Origin: an uncultured Desulfosarcina sp.
Lineage (GTDB): Bacteria > Desulfobacterota > Desulfobacteria > Desulfobacterales > Desulfosarcinaceae
Length of the DNA stretch: 64,000 nt
Assembly: GCA_963674945.2 (NCBI GenBank)
Contig: CAXXWQ010000002.1
Span: 64,001 to 128,000 of the forward strand
Reading direction: 5' to 3'
In this document: positions 59,669 through 64,000 of the stretch, piece by piece
Layout of the letters: every line of letters begins with the position of its first letter
Numbering within the stretch: the stretch's first letter is position 1
Made by a program: the position numbers and the translations under genes
The notes under the pieces: model-generated
The model's database searches: none
What the model was told of the DNA's origin: nothing
Seen by the model: only the letters and a program-made list of their open reading frames with translations

Positions 59669-61099
59669 ATGGGTAATCATCTGAAAACAATTACTGCCGC
59701 AATATCCCTTTTTATCATCGGCACCATCCCCATCCTCTTTGCCGCCGTGGAGCCCTGGGTGTGGTCGGTCTATAGCATGCTGATGATCGTTGTTTTCCTG
59801 TTGCACCTTTGGTTTCCATCCGTTCCCAATTCTTTCCATGCGCCCAGATCAGCCATGAGCTTGATTGTTCTCTTTTTCATCTGGACATTCATTCATGGCC
59901 TTCCATTGCCCTATTCTGTTTTTTCCCATCTCAGCCCCGCACGGGCAGATATTCTCTCCCGTGCTGCCACACTCATCAATACAGAACATTCATGGGAGGC
60001 TCTTTCCTATCTTCCGGCAGTTTCCTTGAATTGGTGGGTCTTCTTACTCAGCCTGGGCCTGTTTTATTTTGTGGTCACAGACCAATGTGTACAACCGGAA
60101 ATGGGCAAACGCATCGTTTTCGTCATGATTGCCATCGGGCTCATTGAAGCACTTTATGGACTTTTCCAGGCCCTTTCGCCGTCCATGGGGGTGCTCTGGG
60201 TCGACTACATCGCGTCTTACATGGGCAGGGCTCGGGGAACTTTTATCAATCGCAACAACTTTGCCGGGTTCATGGAGATGATCTGGCCACTGGCATTGGG
60301 TGCAACCTTGGCCATGGCCGGCCGGTTCACATCATTCAGGGAGGCACTCCACTCCGACAAGCTCAACCGGCAGGCGCTGATGGCCCTGGGGATTATCGTT
60401 CTCCTCCTGGCATTGGTTTTCACCCGTTCCCGCGGCGGCATTATCAGCGGGCTGGCCGGATTTGCCTCTTTTTTGATCCTGGGGCGGCCCGGCATGAAAG
60501 AATTGGCGAAACAAACGCGAATCCTGATGGGTGGCGTTTTTCTCTTGCTTGGAATCTACACGGTTTCCATCGGCATCGGACCGATCATTCAACGATTCTT
60601 GTCCATACGGGGTGACGGCAGCTCGCGGCTGGACATATGGCACGACAGCCTTCCCATCTTACGCGACTACCCGCTGGGCATCGGCCTGGGCAACTATGAA
60701 ACCGTGTTTGCCGTTTACAACCGGTCGCTTACGTCGGACAAGGTAGTGAACTACGCGCACAACGACTATTTGCAGCTTCTGATCGAGACCGGCTGGATCG
60801 GGTTCGCCTTGCTCATGGGGGCTCTGTTCATCTTTTTGTACAGTAGCGCCAGGAAAATCCGTAAAATCGACTACAAAAGGAATCCCCTGCAATTTTACCT
60901 GTCCGTCGGCGCTTTTTCCGGAATGGTTTCCATGTTGGTTCACGGCCTTTTCGATTTCAATTTCCAAATTCCCGCAAATTGTCTCTATTTTACAGTACTC
61001 ATGGCCATTATCGCAGGATGTGTACAAAAGAAATCGCCGCCAAGTGAGAAACACACACACATGACACGTTCGGAGAACGTTGATGCCCGTCTGCAATAA
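59669..61099 (+). CDS. O-antigen ligase family membrane protein
   Basis: GTFINRNNFAG, TRSRGG, GIGLGNY, AHNDYLQLLIETG. Confidence 0.88.
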   Translation: MGNHLKTITAAISLFIIGTIPILFAAVEPWVWSVYSMLMIVVFLLHLWFPSVPNSFHAPRSAMSLIVLFFIWTFIHGLPLPYSVFSHLSPARADILSRAATLINTEHSWEALSYLPAVSLNWWVFLLSLGLFYFVVTDQCVQPEMGKRIVFVMIAIGLIEALYGLFQALSPSMGVLWVDYIASYMGRARGTFINRNNFAGFMEMIWPLALGATLAMAGRFTSFREALHSDKLNRQALMALGIIVLLLALVFTRSRGGIISGLAGFASFLILGRPGMKELAKQTRILMGGVFLLLGIYTVSIGIGPIIQRFLSIRGDGSSRLDIWHDSLPILRDYPLGIGLGNYETVFAVYNRSLTSDKVVNYAHNDYLQLLIETGWIGFALLMGALFIFLYSSARKIRKIDYKRNPLQFYLSVGAFSGMVSMLVHGLFDFNFQIPANCLYFTVLMAIIAGCVQKKSPPSEKHTHMTRSENVDARLQ

Positions 61100-63485
61100 G
61101 CGCAACGTCATCTTTGTTCATATACCAAAATGTGCGGGGACATCGATAGAAGTCGCCCTGGGTTGGGCAAGTGCCTATCCACGCATCGGAAGGGAAATAA
61201 CAAAAACGGTGCCCAATTTCATGACATTGTTTGGCGGCGACCTGCAGCATTTGACGATACGTGAGATTGCTGAATATTTTCTTTCTTCTAAAACATCAAA
61301 CTACTTTTGTTTTGCCATCGTTCGAAACCCCTTTGACAGGCTGGCATCTCACTTTCTCTGGAAGAATTACAGATTTAAAAAGGTGGATCAAAAAGTTGAA
61401 GCATTGCGTACGGATTTTCGCGTTTTCGTTGACCACGTCCTGGCGCCATATGCAAAGACGCAAGCGTTCACTTCACCGCGGGACGGTTACCTGCACTGCG
61501 GCGTTTCCACTGGTCCTTCTCTTGCAATCAACAGCATTGGCCGGCATCTTATGCCCCAGTGCAGTTATCTTTTTATAAACGGGCAATTGTGTGTCGACAA
61601 ACTGATCGCCTGTGACGACCTCAATCCAGAGTGGGCGTTGCTTCGAAAGAAGATCGCGGACCTGGCGCCTTTGGAAGTACGAATGAAATCCGAGCATTCA
61701 TTCGATTATACCGAACTTTATGATGACCCGCTCAGATCAAGGGTTACAACCATGTACGAGGCTGATTTTGCCTTGTATGAATCTTTGTTGCAATCCAATA
61801 AAAGCACCATAGAAAAAGATGTGGACGCCGACTTTCAGTTCGCCGGGAAAACTAATCTTCACAGTGACCGGATTGATTGTCAGGGAGAACCAAAAGTCCC
61901 CAATAAAATCTTCATGTATTGGCATCAAGGATGGGAACATGCGCCCTTTGTCGTAAAAAGATGCCTGCATTCAATTACAAAACAGAATCCGCAATGGGAA
62001 ATCAATCTCTTGGACGCAAACAGTGTGTCCGATCATGTAGACATCCCGGAAGAAATAGAAAAAGAGAATGATTTTCCCTTATGTGCTCTTTCGGATATCA
62101 TCAGAATCGAGTTGCTCAACAAATATGGCGGCGTTTGGATGGATGCAACGATCTGGTGTCACGTTCCTTTGCGGGATTGGCTGAACTCAGTCTGTAAAGC
62201 CGGGTTTTTCGCTTTTTCCAAACCGAACCCCGGATTGCCGCTGTCCAGTTGGTTTTTGGCTGCCACGACCGACAGCTATATCATCCGAACGTGGCGAGAT
62301 GCCACAAGACAGCTCTGGGACAGCAGTCAATTCTTGGAAGAAACGCGCCCATTTTGGAAAGAATGGACAAAATCCGAGTATTATTTTTGGTTTCATAACC
62401 TGTTCCAAGATTGTCTCGATACGCATAAACGGTTTAAAACCATCTGGAATCATGTGCCGACCGTTTCGGCGGATGGCCCCCATTATCTTCAACACCAAGG
62501 CCTCCTCCATCCGCTTTCCACCGAAGCCGTTTACCACATCGCAACTCGTCAAAGCAGTGTGTACAAGCTTACCCATAAAATATCCCTGGGAGAAAATATC
62601 CAAGGAACAAATATCGGTTTCCTGTTGAAGCAACCGGACATAGATATTGCCGGTCTTGACCCCGGAGTATTGCAGTCAGGGTCGATATATCAGTTGAGCG
62701 TAACCCGCTCAATCCGGAATGAGGTAGAAAATGCAATCGACACCGTTAAAAGAGCAATTGCATTAAATACTGAAAACGCCCTTCTCTATCACCACCTGGG
62801 CAACCTTCTATTTCGAAGCGGTGACATCGACGGCGCCGAAAGCGCGCAATTGAAAGCCATGGACCGCGACCCGGAATTTTCGGCGCCCCATGTCCAGCTC
62901 AGTCGCATTTACAGCCGAAAGAACGACATCGATAAGGCCGTAAAATTCATAAAAAAGGCCATCCAGTTGAAAGATGACGATCCCAACGCGTATCACCACC
63001 TGGGCAACCTGCTGTTTCGAAACGGCGACCTTGACGGCGCCGAAAGTGCGCAATTGAAAGCCATGGAACGCAACCCGGACATTCCCGGGCCTTATGCCCA
63101 GCTCAGTCGCATCTTCAGCCGAAAAAACGACATCGATACGGCATTGCGATTTATTAAAAAGGCCGTAAAGCGAAAAGATGATGATCCCAACGCGTATCAC
63201 TTGCTGGGAAATTTGCTATTGCAAAAGGGCGATCTTGACGGTGCCGAAAGTGCACAATTGAAAGCCGTGGAGCGCAACCCGGACATTCCCGGGCCCTATG
63301 CACAGCTTAGTCATATCGAATTTCGAAAGAAGAATATCGACAAGGCGATCGTTTTTATAGAAAAAGCAATTGAATTGAAAAAGGACAATAAAAACTTTTA
63401 TCATCACCTTGGAAACCTGCGCCAACAAATTGGTGACAGCCAGGGGGCCAAACAAGCTCGACAAACGGCGGAAGATCTCAATTGA
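61083..63485 (+). CDS. Sulfotransferase / capsular-polysaccharide-synthesis glycosyltransferase / TPR fusion
   Basis: FVHIPKCAGTS and RNPFDRLAS (PAPS-binding); YWHQGWEHAP and SDIIRIELLNKYGGVWMDAT; C-terminal TPRs. Confidence 0.85.
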   Translation: MPVCNKRNVIFVHIPKCAGTSIEVALGWASAYPRIGREITKTVPNFMTLFGGDLQHLTIREIAEYFLSSKTSNYFCFAIVRNPFDRLASHFLWKNYRFKKVDQKVEALRTDFRVFVDHVLAPYAKTQAFTSPRDGYLHCGVSTGPSLAINSIGRHLMPQCSYLFINGQLCVDKLIACDDLNPEWALLRKKIADLAPLEVRMKSEHSFDYTELYDDPLRSRVTTMYEADFALYESLLQSNKSTIEKDVDADFQFAGKTNLHSDRIDCQGEPKVPNKIFMYWHQGWEHAPFVVKRCLHSITKQNPQWEINLLDANSVSDHVDIPEEIEKENDFPLCALSDIIRIELLNKYGGVWMDATIWCHVPLRDWLNSVCKAGFFAFSKPNPGLPLSSWFLAATTDSYIIRTWRDATRQLWDSSQFLEETRPFWKEWTKSEYYFWFHNLFQDCLDTHKRFKTIWNHVPTVSADGPHYLQHQGLLHPLSTEAVYHIATRQSSVYKLTHKISLGENIQGTNIGFLLKQPDIDIAGLDPGVLQSGSIYQLSVTRSIRNEVENAIDTVKRAIALNTENALLYHHLGNLLFRSGDIDGAESAQLKAMDRDPEFSAPHVQLSRIYSRKNDIDKAVKFIKKAIQLKDDDPNAYHHLGNLLFRNGDLDGAESAQLKAMERNPDIPGPYAQLSRIFSRKNDIDTALRFIKKAVKRKDDDPNAYHLLGNLLLQKGDLDGAESAQLKAVERNPDIPGPYAQLSHIEFRKKNIDKAIVFIEKAIELKKDNKNFYHHLGNLRQQIGDSQGAKQARQTAEDLN
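62787..63398 (+). repeat. Three 204-bp tandem units (two TPRs each) plus a partial fourth
   Basis: Codons for YH(H/L)LGNL begin at 62787, 62991, 63195 and 63399. Confidence 0.9.
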
Positions 63486-64000
63486 TCGACCTGCACTGCC
63501 ATATCCTGCCGGCTTTGGACGACGGTCCGGAAACCGAGGCGCAGAGCCTGGAAATGGCCGTGGTCTTTTCTCGGGCAGGCTATCAGACCGTCGTTGCAAC
63601 CCCCCACATGGTGCCGGGAAGCCATTGGATGCCCGGTGTCAGCCAGGTTCGGGACCGTGTGGATGCACTGAATCAAGCGATTCGGGCAAAGGGCCTGAAA
63701 CTCGAAGTCGTCCCCGGTATGGAGATCGCACTGGATCCCATGATTCCCGACCTGTTGGACCAGGGACGGCTGCTGCCCATCGGAAACACATCCTGCCTGT
63801 TGATCGAGCCGTCCTTTCAACAAATGCCCGAAGGATGGCAGCGGGTGATCTTCACCATTCAGGCCTTGGGACACACGATTCTCCTGGCCCACCCCGAGCG
63901 CTGCCCAGATTTGGCGCTTCAACCCGATTTGATACCGCAACTGATCGCATCGGGCATCTATCTTCAGCTCGATCTGGGTAGTTTTATCGGCCGATACGGC
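63482..64000 (+). CDS. CpsB/CapC-family PHP tyrosine phosphatase (runs off the window)
   Basis: Not in the ORF track. TTG 63482 gives MIDLHCHILPALDDGP...ATPHM...GMEI...LAHPER. Confidence 0.92.
   Translation, partial: MIDLHCHILPALDDGPETEAQSLEMAVVFSRAGYQTVVATPHMVPGSHWMPGVSQVRDRVDALNQAIRAKGLKLEVVPGMEIALDPMIPDLLDQGRLLPIGNTSCLLIEPSFQQMPEGWQRVIFTIQALGHTILLAHPERCPDLALQPDLIPQLIASGIYLQLDLGSFIGRYG

Noticed and set aside
62787..63480. Regularly spaced repeats as a possible CRISPR array
   Set aside because: The period is 204 bp, whole units are similar and in frame within a TPR coding region; no unique spacers or cas genes
63409..63981. ORFs 63409..63981 (+) and 63404..63940 (-)
   Set aside because: Wrong frames; the real gene is the PHP phosphatase starting at TTG 63482

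Overview
Bacterial chromosomal window, most consistent with a sulfate-reducing Desulfobacterales/Desulfosarcina-like deltaproteobacterium (inferred from gene content and repeat types, not from a search). Left to right it holds: (1) a partial FG-GAP/VCBS secreted protein, a vapBC pair and gatB. (2) A ~10 kb aryl-polyene-like lipid cluster (thioesterase, Dak2-DegV fusion, two TRL-like lipoproteins, GT2, two acyltransferases, ACP, ketosynthase, B12 radical SAM). (3) An AT-richer cold-shock/RNA-chaperone island (KamA-like radical SAM, Csp, DEAD-box helicase, two RRM proteins, a FabX/nitronate-monooxygenase-like flavoprotein), ended by a 5'-truncated ISNCY-like element. (4) Three envelope genes, a PAS sigma54 activator, an S8 protease with two P-domains, murJ, an Fe-ADH, an MCP, a hybrid kinase, ftsH, vanZ-like, thrS and rnd. 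(5) A Wzx/Wzy polysaccharide locus ending in a sulfotransferase-glycosyltransferase-TPR fusion and a partial CpsB-like phosphatase. The most notable non-coding signals are a duplicated, structured ~125-nt csp leader whose second copy has lost its csp gene, a terminator inside the helicase 5' leader, and two MITE-like hairpins sharing ends with the IS. I saw no rRNA, tRNA or CRISPR array. All family calls come from motif recognition by eye.
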